64,000 nucleotides of DNA from an uncultured Planctomycetaceae bacterium (GCA_964436865.1 CAYTFK010000002.1:20890-84889), one strand, 5' to 3'. Positions 1 through 10,148 are shown, numbered from the stretch's first letter. The notes: generated by a model not told the origin, from the letters alone. Program-made: numbers and translations.

Positions 1-330
1 GACTGGCAGTTGAGCCGTTCGCTTCCTGGCACCCAACTGTTGCGGTTCTCCTGCTGTGCTGCGGGCGGCTGAAAGACTCGCCGCCTGCAGCACCGGCAGA
101 ACCGCTTTTTTCGCCTTCGGCCAGGCCCGGCGGCGCCCGTTTCTCTGCGACTTCCTCCCCGACGGTGCTCTCCCAGACGCATTCTGATTCTGCTCCCGCC
201 GCACCAGAGCCGCTTTGAAAATCACAGCGGCCAGTCGCGCCCGGCGGCTGGGCATTCGGCCGCCTGCCTTCTACACTGGTCCGTAGAACCCGACCGGCGT
301 CATGGACAACGCGATCAGTCGAGGCTGAGA

Positions 331-1176
331 ATGAGCACCATCGGTTTTCTGAGCAATGCCTTGGTCTTGCTTGCTGCTTCGGCCGCACAGGCCGAGGGCG
401 AGTTGCAACCGCCTCGTGCGGCCCGATCCGTTCACCTGGGCTACCCGGCGCCGGAGGCCGTGGCGTTCTACAACGAGTTGACCGTCGAGAAGTCGGTCCC
501 CGGCAGCTACTTCATGGCCTGCGGATTCCGCCACGGCTACTTCGGTATTCAGGAATTAAGCGGCGGCCGCAAGGTGGTGATCTTCTCCGTTTGGGATCCG
601 ACTCAAGGCGACAATCCCAACGCCGTACCGGAGGACCAGCGCGTCGAGATCCTCTACAAGGATGAAGCGGTGGAGGCCCGCCGCTTTGGCGGCGAGGGAA
701 CCGGCGGCCAGAGCTTCTTCAAGTTCGACTGGAAGCCCGGCGAAACGTACCGTTTCCTCGTCACCGCCACCGCCACGCCCGGCAAAACGGCCTTCGCCGC
801 CTGGTTCTTCCTTCCGGAAACGAACCAGTGGAAGCACCTCGTGAACTTGCGCACCCGCACCGGCGGCGAGCCGCTCAAAGGGCTCTACTCGTTCATCGAA
901 GACTTCCGCCGCGACGGCCGCAGTGCCCAGGAGGTGCGGCGGGCCCTGTTCGGTAACGCCTGGGTCCGCGAGCCGGCCGGCCACTGGAGCCCCTTGACCA
1001 AGGCCCGCTTCACCGCCTCGGGCGCTGAGTGGGAAGCCAAAGGGACGATCGATGCCGGCGTCGTCGGTTCCCGCTTCTACCTCCAGACCGGCGGCGATAC
1101 CACCACGACGACCCCCTTGCGCACCATCATCAAGCGGCCGGGCGGCAACGAGCAGCCGCCGGAACTGCCTCAATGA
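331..1176 (+). CDS. secreted protein of unknown function, DUF3472/DUF5077-like
   Basis: ATG at 331 preceded by GAGG. N-terminal hydrophobic signal-like segment (LSNALVLLAASAAQA). Beta-rich body (SVWDP, FKFDWKPGETYRF). Family name recalled from memory, not searched. Confidence 0.65.
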   Translation: MSTIGFLSNALVLLAASAAQAEGELQPPRAARSVHLGYPAPEAVAFYNELTVEKSVPGSYFMACGFRHGYFGIQELSGGRKVVIFSVWDPTQGDNPNAVPEDQRVEILYKDEAVEARRFGGEGTGGQSFFKFDWKPGETYRFLVTATATPGKTAFAAWFFLPETNQWKHLVNLRTRTGGEPLKGLYSFIEDFRRDGRSAQEVRRALFGNAWVREPAGHWSPLTKARFTASGAEWEAKGTIDAGVVGSRFYLQTGGDTTTTTPLRTIIKRPGGNEQPPELPQ

Positions 1177-1179
1177 GCG

Positions 1180-2067
1180 TCACCTGCGCACGTTGCATCG
1201 CTCCAGCCGCCAGCCGAGCAGCCTCAGGACCAGAAGCACGCCGATCACCGTCGCACATTGGAGTACATTGAGGATGAAGTACATCATGAACAATCTTGCT
1301 TCCACCGGAGCACGCCAAACGGCAATGAAGACCAGGACTTCGAGTCCTGTGACCGCCGCGACATAGGCGAGCCAGCCGAGTGCCACTTGGCCGGCGATCT
1401 TCGGCCTCAAGAACGCCAGCCAGATGCAAGGGACCACGACCGCCAGGTTCACTACCAGCCCGACGGTTACGGGTGCCCAGGACCATCCCGATTCGACGAG
1501 ATTCTCCAGGCTGCCCGGCGGGAGCACCGTCCGTGCGGGTGCCAGGGCGGCCGAGAGAATCGCCATGCCGATCAGCATGTGCCGCAACTCGAACTGAAGT
1601 TGCTCGCCCTTCGCTGGCATCCCTTGCAGGTGCGCGGCGGTCAGCCGCCAGCCGGAACTCCGCGACGCGATCCAAAGCGGAATCTGCAGCACGACTGCCG
1701 CCCCCAGCAGCACCACTCCAAGCAGCACGGCATCATCCAGTTCCACCCGGCCCCATCGGCGCAGGCCCAACACAAGCGCATACCACATGAACACCGTCAG
1801 CAAGACCGACCACGGCAGCCTGAGCACGATGTTGCCGGGCCCCAGCGCCGCCCAGATGGCGATCAGGTTCAATTGGCCAATGCAGATGCCAAGAACGACC
1901 GCCTGAATCCAATCGCTGCTTTCACGCAAAGCCCACGGCGTGGCGTAATCAACCAGCAGCATGCCGCCGATGAGCGTCGAGAGCACAACCCACTGCTCGC
2001 GCGCCGACACCCGCACTTCTCCAGGTGGCGCAACAGACGGCCCTGAGTGGCCATCCTCCCGAGACAT
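1180..2067 (-). CDS. multi-pass integral membrane protein, unknown function
   Basis: Several long hydrophobic segments across the ORF. The first codon of the 313-aa track ORF (2121) is TTG; the first ATG is at 2067 (MSREDGH...). No recognisable catalytic motif. Confidence 0.55.
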   Translation of the reverse strand: MSREDGHSGPSVAPPGEVRVSAREQWVVLSTLIGGMLLVDYATPWALRESSDWIQAVVLGICIGQLNLIAIWAALGPGNIVLRLPWSVLLTVFMWYALVLGLRRWGRVELDDAVLLGVVLLGAAVVLQIPLWIASRSSGWRLTAAHLQGMPAKGEQLQFELRHMLIGMAILSAALAPARTVLPPGSLENLVESGWSWAPVTVGLVVNLAVVVPCIWLAFLRPKIAGQVALGWLAYVAAVTGLEVLVFIAVWRAPVEARLFMMYFILNVLQCATVIGVLLVLRLLGWRLERCNVRR

Positions 2068-2192
2068 GGCGGCTCGCCCCGATTGCTGACTGCGGCCAGT
2101 TCCGCGCCTCGCGGCAGCCAAGCCGCGACTCCGCCGATTATCGCCCTGCCACCGGTGCCGTCAAGCCGCTCGGAAACCGGCCTGGCCGCCGT

Positions 2193-3215
2193 TCACCCCA
2201 TCTGCCACACCGCCATCCGGAGCATGTCGCGGAGGTCGCGATTGGCGGCGAAGACCGCGGCCGGCTCGAAACCGCAGTGCACCATGCAGTGTTCGCACCG
2301 CGGGTCATTTCCCGGTCCGAGGCGATCCCAGTCGGTAGCCTCGACCAGCTCCTTGTACGTCCGGTAGTGCGCGTCGGTGATCAGGTAGCAGGGCCCCTTC
2401 CAGCCCTTGATGTTCCGCGTCGGATTGGCCCAGGCGGCGCAGCTTAGCTCGCGTTGGCCCGAAAGGAACTCAAGATACAATGGCGAGGTCGCCAGCCGGA
2501 ATCGCCCGAGCGATTCCCGCGCCGCGCGGAACTTGGCGGTGATCTCCTCGCGGGTCATGAAGATCTGCTCCGCGCCGCCAGGGTTGGCGGCGTGCACCGC
2601 CGCGTAACCGTAGGCCGGCGAGATCATAAACCCGTCGACGCCCAGTTCGGTGAGATACTCGTAGAGCACGGCGATCTCGTGCATGTCGGTCTCTTTATAG
2701 ACCGTGGTGTTCGTGCAAACCTGGAAACCGGCGGCCTTGGCGGCCTTGATCCCGGCGATCGCCTTGTCGAATACTCCGGCCCGCTCCACCGCCCGGTCGT
2801 GGCTCGCCTCCATCCCGTCCAGATGCACATTGATAAACAGCCGGCTCGACGCGCGGAACCCCGCGAGTCTCTTCTCGAGCATCACGCCGTTGGTGCACAG
2901 GTAAACGTGCCGGCGCCCCGCGATGATCCTCTCCACAAGCTCCTCAATTCCCCGGTAGATCAGCGGTTCGCCGCCGCAGACACTCACGATCGGCGCGCCG
3001 CACTCCTCCACCGAGGCCAGGCACTCCTCGACCGACAGCGTGTTCTTGATCGTGCTCACATACTCGCGGATCCGCCCGCAGCCGGTGCACGTGAGATTGC
3101 AGGCGTGCAGCGGTTCGAGCATCAGCACCAGCGGATAACGCCGCTCGCCGGCCAGCCGCTTCTTGAGCATGTAGCCGGTCATCGAACGCGTCAGGGAAAG
3201 CGGAAATCTCATCAT
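2193..3215 (-). CDS. hpnH: hopanoid-associated radical SAM protein HpnH (adenosylhopane synthase)
   Basis: Radical SAM CxxxCxxC motif (LEPLHACNLTCTGCGRIREY) near the N-terminus. Length of 340 aa and overall sequence are typical of HpnH. Lies directly downstream of shc on the same strand. Confidence 0.88.
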   Translation of the reverse strand: MMRFPLSLTRSMTGYMLKKRLAGERRYPLVLMLEPLHACNLTCTGCGRIREYVSTIKNTLSVEECLASVEECGAPIVSVCGGEPLIYRGIEELVERIIAGRRHVYLCTNGVMLEKRLAGFRASSRLFINVHLDGMEASHDRAVERAGVFDKAIAGIKAAKAAGFQVCTNTTVYKETDMHEIAVLYEYLTELGVDGFMISPAYGYAAVHAANPGGAEQIFMTREEITAKFRAARESLGRFRLATSPLYLEFLSGQRELSCAAWANPTRNIKGWKGPCYLITDAHYRTYKELVEATDWDRLGPGNDPRCEHCMVHCGFEPAAVFAANRDLRDMLRMAVWQMG

Positions 3216-3235
3216 CGCATCCGTGGATTATGTAT

Positions 3236-3369
3236 CTGGCACACTCCGTGTGCCGTCGCGCGTAATCCTCACGCTCCGCGTGAGGCAAATCCGTATTCCT
3301 CACACTCCGCGTGACACAAACCCGTGCTCCTCACGCTCCGCGTGAGGCATTTCAGCACACGGAGTGTGC
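3236..3369. repeat. array of five short palindromic units, core CACRCTCCGYGTG, in the shc-hpnH spacer
   Basis: Cores at 3240-3252, 3270-3282, 3301-3313 and 3332-3344 are direct copies with 30/31/31 bp spacing. The core at 3356-3368 is the exact reverse complement of the first. Each core is a 5-3-5 inverted repeat, extended to CCTCACG...CGTGAGG in units 2 and 4. Confidence 0.85.
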
Positions 3370-3380
3370 CCCGTACATTT

Positions 3381-5540
3381 TCACGTTCCCACCGCGACAC
3401 GCGGGTAAACCGCTTTCTCCGGTTCGGCTGTCGCCGCCGCCGGCGGCAAGGTCTCGACCATCGAAACCGCCGCCGTGGCCGCCCAACGCGAAAGCGCCAT
3501 CAGCGGGAAATAGATCGGGTAGAAGTGATAGCGCAGGTAGAACACCTGCGGGAACCCCGTGCCGGTAAACTCCGGCTCGTCCCACCGGCCGTCGTCCTCC
3601 TGCCGGTCCACGAGAAACTGGATTCCTCGGATCACCGCCTGATGATCGGCCAGGCCCGCCGCCACCAGTCCCATCACCGCCCAGGCCGTCTGCGAGGCCG
3701 TCGGTGTGCCTTGCCCGCGGAGCGTCGGATCGGCGTACGTGTCAGGTGATTCGCCCCACCCGCCGCACGGCTGCTGGTGCGCCAGGAGCCAGTTCGCGCC
3801 CGCGACGATCATCGGATCGGTCGTCGGCACCCCGACCTGCACCAGCCCGACCAGGGCCTGCCAGGTGCCGTAGACATAATTCACACCCCAGCGGCCGAAC
3901 CAGCTACCGTCGGCCTCCTGCGACGATCGCAGGTACGCCACGGCTCGATCGACAGCCGGGTCTCCCAACCGCTTCCCGAGCATCCCCAGTGCCTCGATCA
4001 CCCGTCCCGTCAGGTCGGGCGTGCTGGGATCGATCATCGCGTTGTGGTCGGCAAACGGCACGTGGCAGAGGAACCGGCGGTTGTTGTTGCGGTCAAACGC
4101 GCCCCAGCCGCCGTCGTCGTTCTGCATCGCCACCAGCCAGTCGAGCCCGCGGCGGATCGCCGTGGCCGTCCGATCCAGTTGCACTACGCGGCGGCGGGCC
4201 TGATCGGCCTCGCTCTCGCTGCTCTCACTCACCAGCCGAAGCTCCGGCGACGGCGGCGACTCGTCGAACTGCTCCCGAAGCGCCATCAGCACCATCGCCG
4301 TGTCGTCGTTATCCGGGTAGTAGTCGTTGTGGAACTCAAAGCACCAGCCGCCCGGCTCCGCATCGACCGTTTCCGACCAGTCGCCCGAGCGATACACTTG
4401 CTGGTCCAGAAGCCAGTCAACCGCCCGCCCGACGGCCGCATCGTTGGTCCCCAGGCCGTTGCCGCGAAGCGCCCGGACGGCAATCGCCGTGTCCCACACC
4501 GGCGACTTGCAGGGCTGCAACCGCGCCGCACCCGTTTCCGGATCCCGCAGCACCAGATCCTCCAGTTGCTTGCGGCAGTAGGCCACCTCGGGCGAGTCGT
4601 CGCGATAACCGAGGCATCGCAGCGCGATCAGGCTCCATACGATGGGCGGGTAGATGGCTCCGGGTCCGTCGCTCCGCTCGAAATGATCGAGCATCCAGCG
4701 CTTCGCCGCGTCCAGCGCGCGAAGGCGCAGCGGCAGGAGCCCCTTGCGCTGGCAGAACTTCAACCCCTTATCGACGGTGCGGAAAAAACGATCCCAACTC
4801 AGGAGCCCTGTGCCACCCTTCAATCCCGGACACCTCAGCGGCGGCCAGTTCTCGGGCTCGTTGAGAAACAACTCGCGGATGCCGCGGCCGGCCTCGATCT
4901 GCCGCACCGGCTGGTAGGCCGAAATGATCGACAGCGGCACGACCATCGTCCGCGACCACGCGCTCATCGCGTACAGGTTCAGCGGAAACCACTTCGGCAA
5001 TAGCACGATCTCTGCCGGAACCGCCGGGCACTGGTCGTAGGAAATCTGTCCCAACAGCGCAAGATAGAACCGCGTGAAACTGTTCACCGCGTCGGCGCCC
5101 CCGTGGGCCAGGATCGCCCGGCGGGCCCGCTGCATGTACTCGGCGCTCGGGCTGTGGCCGGTCAGCTTCAGCGCAAAATACGCCTTCACGCTGCCGCTGA
5201 TCTCGATGGCGCCGCCTGGATACATCGCCCAGCCCCCGTCGGGCAACTGCTGCTCGATGAGGTATTTCGCGGCGTGCTGTGCCAGTTCGCTTTGTTCCAA
5301 GCCCAGGTAGGCCAGGAGCAGAATCGTCTCGCTTTCCAGGATCGTGTCCCCTTCGAGTTCCGCGCACCAGTAGCCATCCTGGTGCTGCTGGCCCAACAGC
5401 CAGCGGCGCGTGCGATGTATCGCGCGGCGGACTGAACCTGCCAGGTTGCTCGCGAGGGGAGTGTCTTCGTCAGCAGCCACAACGCGGAAACGCGGTTGCT
5501 CGTCCCGGAAACGGACGGCACGATGGGCGAGAGAGTTCAT
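3381..5540 (-). CDS. shc: squalene-hopene cyclase
   Basis: DxDDTA catalytic motif (YYPDNDDTAMV). Multiple QW repeats (QQHQDGYW, QLPDGGW, QNDDGGWG, QEADGSWFGRWG, QQPCGGWG). The ATG at 5540 (MNSLAHR) is preferred over the GTG at 5663, whose 41-aa extension is Arg-rich and not protein-like. Confidence 0.92.
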   Translation of the reverse strand: MNSLAHRAVRFRDEQPRFRVVAADEDTPLASNLAGSVRRAIHRTRRWLLGQQHQDGYWCAELEGDTILESETILLLAYLGLEQSELAQHAAKYLIEQQLPDGGWAMYPGGAIEISGSVKAYFALKLTGHSPSAEYMQRARRAILAHGGADAVNSFTRFYLALLGQISYDQCPAVPAEIVLLPKWFPLNLYAMSAWSRTMVVPLSIISAYQPVRQIEAGRGIRELFLNEPENWPPLRCPGLKGGTGLLSWDRFFRTVDKGLKFCQRKGLLPLRLRALDAAKRWMLDHFERSDGPGAIYPPIVWSLIALRCLGYRDDSPEVAYCRKQLEDLVLRDPETGAARLQPCKSPVWDTAIAVRALRGNGLGTNDAAVGRAVDWLLDQQVYRSGDWSETVDAEPGGWCFEFHNDYYPDNDDTAMVLMALREQFDESPPSPELRLVSESSESEADQARRRVVQLDRTATAIRRGLDWLVAMQNDDGGWGAFDRNNNRRFLCHVPFADHNAMIDPSTPDLTGRVIEALGMLGKRLGDPAVDRAVAYLRSSQEADGSWFGRWGVNYVYGTWQALVGLVQVGVPTTDPMIVAGANWLLAHQQPCGGWGESPDTYADPTLRGQGTPTASQTAWAVMGLVAAGLADHQAVIRGIQFLVDRQEDDGRWDEPEFTGTGFPQVFYLRYHFYPIYFPLMALSRWAATAAVSMVETLPPAAATAEPEKAVYPRVAVGT

Positions 5541-5775
5541 CAGATCGATCGTCCTGGATCTTGCGGCGGTCTTCCTTGACACGCGAGCCGGCCGTGCACC
5601 GGCTGAGCTAGCATAGGCAATCCCCCGTCCCCGGGCAAGATCACTCGAGCCTCGCCTACGCACTCCGCGGGGGAAATGCTAGCTTCGGCTGCTTGTAATC
5701 TGATCCCACCCCAAACCGTTACCAGCCCGACTCTCAACCCGCTCCATCGACCCCTCCTTCCGCCCGCCGTCTCCG

Positions 5776-5836
5776 GTAGGACGGGTTTTCAACCCGTCTC
5801 TCTGTCCCTATCTCCTGTAGCACCGGTTTTCACCCC
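5776..5836. repeat. two degenerate copies of a REP-like palindromic element (GTAGGACGGGTTTTCAACCCGTC type)
   Basis: Perfect hairpin GACGGGT-TTTCA-ACCCGTC at 5780-5798. A related decayed copy, CTGTAGCACCGGTTTTCACCCC, starts at 5815. Lies in a 400-bp non-coding spacer upstream of shc. Confidence 0.5.
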
Positions 5837-6076
5837 ATATTAGCCGACCGCTTTCTTCATCGCCGGTTCGCGGCGGCAGGCGGAATGCTGCGAACATTTT
5901 GCTTCCTCTCGAAAAGCAGTGACTGGCAAAGGGGTCGTCGACGGGCAAAGCGGTTGGGAGCCGTTTCCGAGATGTCCTTACACGCTGCAGATCCCAGGGC
6001 AGCCTACGCCGTTTACCTTCTTCGTTCTTGCCGCGCCCGGTATCCTCGCTCGAACGCCGAACGAGTCCGGTGGTGA

Positions 6077-8011
6077 TCAAGGCCTCATTAACGTGCCGGG
6101 TTTCGGGGCTTGCGGCACGACTGGCAGAACGATGTGCGATGGGTGCTCCGCGTCATGATACACCGTGTTGACTGCCGTCACGCGGCGGCGATTGCCGTTC
6201 AGGGACTCACCCGTATTCGGATTCAAATCGAAACGCGGGAAATTGCTGCTCGATATGTCGACGCGGATGCGGTGGCCTTTCTTGAAGATGTTCGACGTGG
6301 GATAAAGCTTGATCGCCACGGGATAGATCTTGCCCGGCTCCATGAGCACCTCTTGCTTCAGGGACTCGCGGAACCGCATCCGGGCGATGCCATCGCCGAT
6401 GTTGAGGTCGAAGCCGCCGGGCCACGCGGCACTGGGGGGGGAGACGTCGATCAGCTTGGCGGTGAAGTCGGTATCGACTGCTGATGACGAAACCCACAAC
6501 CGCACCACCAGTTCGCCGGTCACCTCGAGATCCTCTGTCAGCGGCTCCGACTGGAACACGAGCACGTCGTTGCGCGCCGAGAGCGGCATCTTCTGCGGGA
6601 AGTTCCAGATATGTTCGCCGCCGCGCTGGTCCCATGCTCCCTGCAGCATGATCCCATCGTTCGACGACGTGTTGCCGCCAATAGTCGGCACCGGATCCGC
6701 CGGATCGAACTGGAAGCTTGTCGCTCCGCCTGCGGCCGCTGGTGGCTGAGTGCCGAGCCCACCGCCGGGCGAGAGGTAGTAATCCGTCGCCACGGCCCGT
6801 GCCAGCGGCCACTCGTTCTCGTCGCGCCAGAAACCGCCGTGCTGGAGCCGCCCTTTCTCGTCCTTGCCGCCATCGCCCGATCCCATCACGAAGATCCGCA
6901 CCTTGGTTCGGAACGGCTCGGCCTTGCCAACGCTGTTGTCGATCCCCTTGAGCCAGTGGTCGTACCACTCACACCGCCACGCCAGGGGATCGGCAATCGC
7001 GGCCGCCGCGCCGAAATTCACCTGGCCGTGTGCCGACTGCCCCTGCGCCCCATGGATCCACGGCCCCATGATCAGATACACCGGTCCGCGAATCGCCCTG
7101 GTCAGAGCCACAAAGTTGGCCGTAGTGTTGCTCGCCCATGAATCGTACCAGCCGCCGACAAGATACACGGGAATGTCTTTGTATTGCTCGGGATAATCGA
7201 CGATGTTGTTCTGCCGCCAGAAGTCATCGTTGATTCCGTGCCCCAGCGCTTCGATTAGCCACTCTTCGTACTCGGGCGCGAGCTTCAAGGGGGTGGTGCC
7301 CGCGCGTAGCGGCAACCGATCGAGATACTCGAGCCGCTCGGCCGCCATCTCCTGGAGCACGGCGGCGGTGCCCGGATCACGGGCGTGGCGGCTGCCGCGG
7401 CCTGCGTTGAGCATGATCCAGTTCCAGAATCGCAGCTCGAACGCGCCACCATTGCGCATGCTCGCGTAACCGAGATTCGACATCGCGTCGACCGGGATGA
7501 CCGTCGTCAGGTGCGGGCTGCCCGACATCGCCAGCGCATGCTGGGTTCCGCCAACGTACGACGTGCCGATCATGCCGATCTTGCCGTTCGACCAGCTCTG
7601 TTTGGCGATCCACTCCGCCGTGTCAAAGCCGTCGGGACCGTCGTCGACGAGCATGTGCCAGGCGCCTTCGGAATCGTAGCGCCCGCGCGTGTCCTGAAAG
7701 ACCACCGCGTAGCCGTGCCGGGCGAAATAGCGGCCGTCGGAGTGCCCCTTATCACCCTGACCCTTGCTGTACGGCAGCCGCATGAGAATCGTCGGCAGCC
7801 GTTCAGCCACTGGCTTGCCGTCGCGCGCCGGTAGATAGACGTCGGTCGCCAGCCTCACGCCGTCGCGCATCGGCACCATCACATTGTGTTCGAAGGCCAC
7901 GTCGTACGGCCCATCCGCGGCCGTGGACCAGGTTGCAGCGAGCAACAGGACCAGGATCGGGCTCATTCCCGCCCGGATTCGAGGGGCGGTCTGCAGGGGA
8001 GCGATCGACAT
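6077..8011 (-). CDS. CocE/NonD family hydrolase (X-Pro dipeptidyl-peptidase S15-like)
   Basis: N-terminal pattern (VMVPMRDGVRLATDVYLP...PTILMRLPY) and nucleophile elbow GTSYVGG. The ATG at 8011 has GGAGG 8 nt upstream and yields a signal peptide (MSIAPLQTAPRIRAGMSPILVLLLAATWSTA). The track start at 8080 is GTG. Confidence 0.82.
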   Translation of the reverse strand: MSIAPLQTAPRIRAGMSPILVLLLAATWSTAADGPYDVAFEHNVMVPMRDGVRLATDVYLPARDGKPVAERLPTILMRLPYSKGQGDKGHSDGRYFARHGYAVVFQDTRGRYDSEGAWHMLVDDGPDGFDTAEWIAKQSWSNGKIGMIGTSYVGGTQHALAMSGSPHLTTVIPVDAMSNLGYASMRNGGAFELRFWNWIMLNAGRGSRHARDPGTAAVLQEMAAERLEYLDRLPLRAGTTPLKLAPEYEEWLIEALGHGINDDFWRQNNIVDYPEQYKDIPVYLVGGWYDSWASNTTANFVALTRAIRGPVYLIMGPWIHGAQGQSAHGQVNFGAAAAIADPLAWRCEWYDHWLKGIDNSVGKAEPFRTKVRIFVMGSGDGGKDEKGRLQHGGFWRDENEWPLARAVATDYYLSPGGGLGTQPPAAAGGATSFQFDPADPVPTIGGNTSSNDGIMLQGAWDQRGGEHIWNFPQKMPLSARNDVLVFQSEPLTEDLEVTGELVVRLWVSSSAVDTDFTAKLIDVSPPSAAWPGGFDLNIGDGIARMRFRESLKQEVLMEPGKIYPVAIKLYPTSNIFKKGHRIRVDISSSNFPRFDLNPNTGESLNGNRRRVTAVNTVYHDAEHPSHIVLPVVPQAPKPGTLMRP

Positions 8012-8150
8012 GGTGGTGGCCTCCATGTTGGCGGGCAGATAGGTCGGCTTTCGATGCTGCATCGTACGCTGACGCAGCACCGCCGCACAAGCCGCCGGCG
8101 ATGGCCTGTATCTGCCGGCTCAGCACGGCCCCACCGGAGATCGCTTGAGC

Positions 8151-10148
8151 CTATTTCGCCTGCTTCCGGCCGCCTTTCCTGCCCGGCACCGGCCGCTGCT
8201 GGTGGACGGCGGCGACGTAGTTGGGGTTGTCGGCCTGCCCGGTGATCTCGTAAAGGAACCGGCTGGGGATCGTGGGCCGGTCCTTGCCCCATTTCTTGCG
8301 GCTCAGGGCCAACGAGAGGGTGAGCCGCCGCTGGGCCCGGGTGACGCCGACGTAGCACAGCCGCCGCTCCTCGTCGATCGCCGAATCGTCGCCCTCGATC
8401 GAGCGGCGGTGTGGAAGGAAGCCTTCCTCCATCCCCACCAGGTAAACCTCGGCGAACTCCAGCCCTTTGGCCGCGTGAAGCGTCATTAGCGCGACGGCGT
8501 TCCGCTCCAACTGCTTTTCCTTGTCATCGCTGTCGTCGTTGCTTCCCAAGGCGATGTCCTGCAGGAATCCGGGCAATGTCGGCGATTCGGCCCGCTTCAC
8601 GTAATTCGCCGCCGCGTTGACGACCTCCTCCACCGAGTTCCAGCGGGCCTGCTGCTCTTCGGCGTCGGGATAGAGGCGGGCAAGCTCGGCGCGGTAATTG
8701 ATCTCCGTCAACAGCCTGGTCACGAGGTCGGGCAGCGACTTCTTGTGGAGCTCCATGTGGAAATGGTGGACCAGCGTTTGGAAACCGTGAATGCCGCGAA
8801 GGGCCGGCCCCGGCACGTTGCCCAGAGAAGCGGCCTGCGACAAAAGCTCCCAGACAGGGATGCCGCGGCGGACAGCCTCCTCCACGAGCCGTGTGGCCGT
8901 TGTCTGGCCGATGCCGCGAGGCGGCGTGTTGATCACGCGTAACAGCGAGACCTCGTCGCGCGGATTGGCCAGCACCTTGAGATAGGCAATGATGTCGCGC
9001 ACTTCCTTGCGGTCGTAAAACGACTGACCGCCGACGAGTACGTAGGGCACTTTTGCCCGCCGCAGTTCCATTTCGAACTGCCGCGGCTGCTCATTGGTGC
9101 GGAAGAGGATGGCGATGTCACGCGGCTGACGTTTCGTGGTGCGGATCCGCGACTGGATCTCTTCGACAACCGTCTTGGCTTCTGTCTCCTCATCGGGAAG
9201 CTGCACAATTCGCGGGGGTTCGCCGCGGACGACCGCGCGGAGGATCTTGCCGTGCCGAACCTTGTTGAACGCGATCAGACGGTTGGCCCAGGCGACGATC
9301 TCCTGGGTCGAGCGGTAGTTCATCTCCAGGCGAACCACCCGTGCCTCCGGCCAATCCTCCTTGAACCGCAGGATATGGGTGACCTCGGCGCCTCGCCAGC
9401 CGTAGATCGACTGGTCGTCGTCTCCCACCACGCACAGATTGCGATGGCCGGCAGCCAGGGCTTTGACGATCCGATACTGGCTGGCATTGGTGTCCTGGTA
9501 CTCGTCGACCAGGAGATGGTCGAAGCGACCGGCCTCGTCGCGGCGGACGTCGGGGAAGCGTTCGAAGAGCTCCTCCGTGAGCAGGAGCAGATCGTCGAAA
9601 TCGACTGCACCGGAAGCCTTGAGCGTCTTCTGATAGCGTCGGTAGGCCGCCGCGGCAAGGTGTTCCTTGTCGGTCTCGGCGATTGTGGCCGCGCGGTCGG
9701 GGCGGATCGAGGCGGTCTTCCAACGGCTGATGAAATAGATCAAGTCGCCCGGCCGAAGCAGCGCGTCGGCGACTCGGATCTCGCGAAGCGCCGACCTGGC
9801 AACGCTCTCCTGATCGCCGCGATCGTAGATGGCAAACTGGCTCGGGTATCCCAGGTGGTTGATATGCCGCCGCAGGACGCGGACGCAGAGCGAGTGGAAC
9901 GTGGAGATCTCCGGCTTTTCATCCCGCTTCTTCTTGCCGATCAGCTCGGCTACCCGTTGCTGCATCTCGGCGGCCGCCTTGTTGGTGAAGGTCACCGCCA
10001 GAATGCGATTGGGCTTCGTGCCATGACGGATCAGCCGGGCGATGCGGTACGTAACAACGCGAGTCTTGCCGGTGCCGGCCCCAGCGAGCACCAGCAGTGG
10101 GCCGCTCAGTGTGCTCACCGCTTCGAGTTGGGCGGCGTTCAGATCCAT
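8151..10148 (-). CDS. uvrD: ATP-dependent DNA helicase, UvrD/PcrA/Rep family
   Basis: Walker A AGAGTGKT preceded by LNAAQLEAV. Motif II DEYQDT. Length is typical of the family. The ATG at 10148 (MDLNAAQ) gives a canonical N-terminus. The track start at 10364 is TTG, and an alternative ATG lies at 10295. Confidence 0.88.
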   Translation of the reverse strand: MDLNAAQLEAVSTLSGPLLVLAGAGTGKTRVVTYRIARLIRHGTKPNRILAVTFTNKAAAEMQQRVAELIGKKKRDEKPEISTFHSLCVRVLRRHINHLGYPSQFAIYDRGDQESVARSALREIRVADALLRPGDLIYFISRWKTASIRPDRAATIAETDKEHLAAAAYRRYQKTLKASGAVDFDDLLLLTEELFERFPDVRRDEAGRFDHLLVDEYQDTNASQYRIVKALAAGHRNLCVVGDDDQSIYGWRGAEVTHILRFKEDWPEARVVRLEMNYRSTQEIVAWANRLIAFNKVRHGKILRAVVRGEPPRIVQLPDEETEAKTVVEEIQSRIRTTKRQPRDIAILFRTNEQPRQFEMELRRAKVPYVLVGGQSFYDRKEVRDIIAYLKVLANPRDEVSLLRVINTPPRGIGQTTATRLVEEAVRRGIPVWELLSQAASLGNVPGPALRGIHGFQTLVHHFHMELHKKSLPDLVTRLLTEINYRAELARLYPDAEEQQARWNSVEEVVNAAANYVKRAESPTLPGFLQDIALGSNDDSDDKEKQLERNAVALMTLHAAKGLEFAEVYLVGMEEGFLPHRRSIEGDDSAIDEERRLCYVGVTRAQRRLTLSLALSRKKWGKDRPTIPSRFLYEITGQADNPNYVAAVHQQRPVPGRKGGRKQAK

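Noticed and set aside
1-217. Open frame (frame 2) running in from the left edge, possibly the 3' end of an upstream gene
   Set aside because: It is a short Pro/Ala/Ser-rich tail with no motif or start, so it cannot be supported from this window.
3236-3369. Possible mini-CRISPR array
   Set aside because: The units are contiguous at 30-31 bp with no unique spacers of comparable length. There are only five copies, one of them inverted, and no cas genes nearby.
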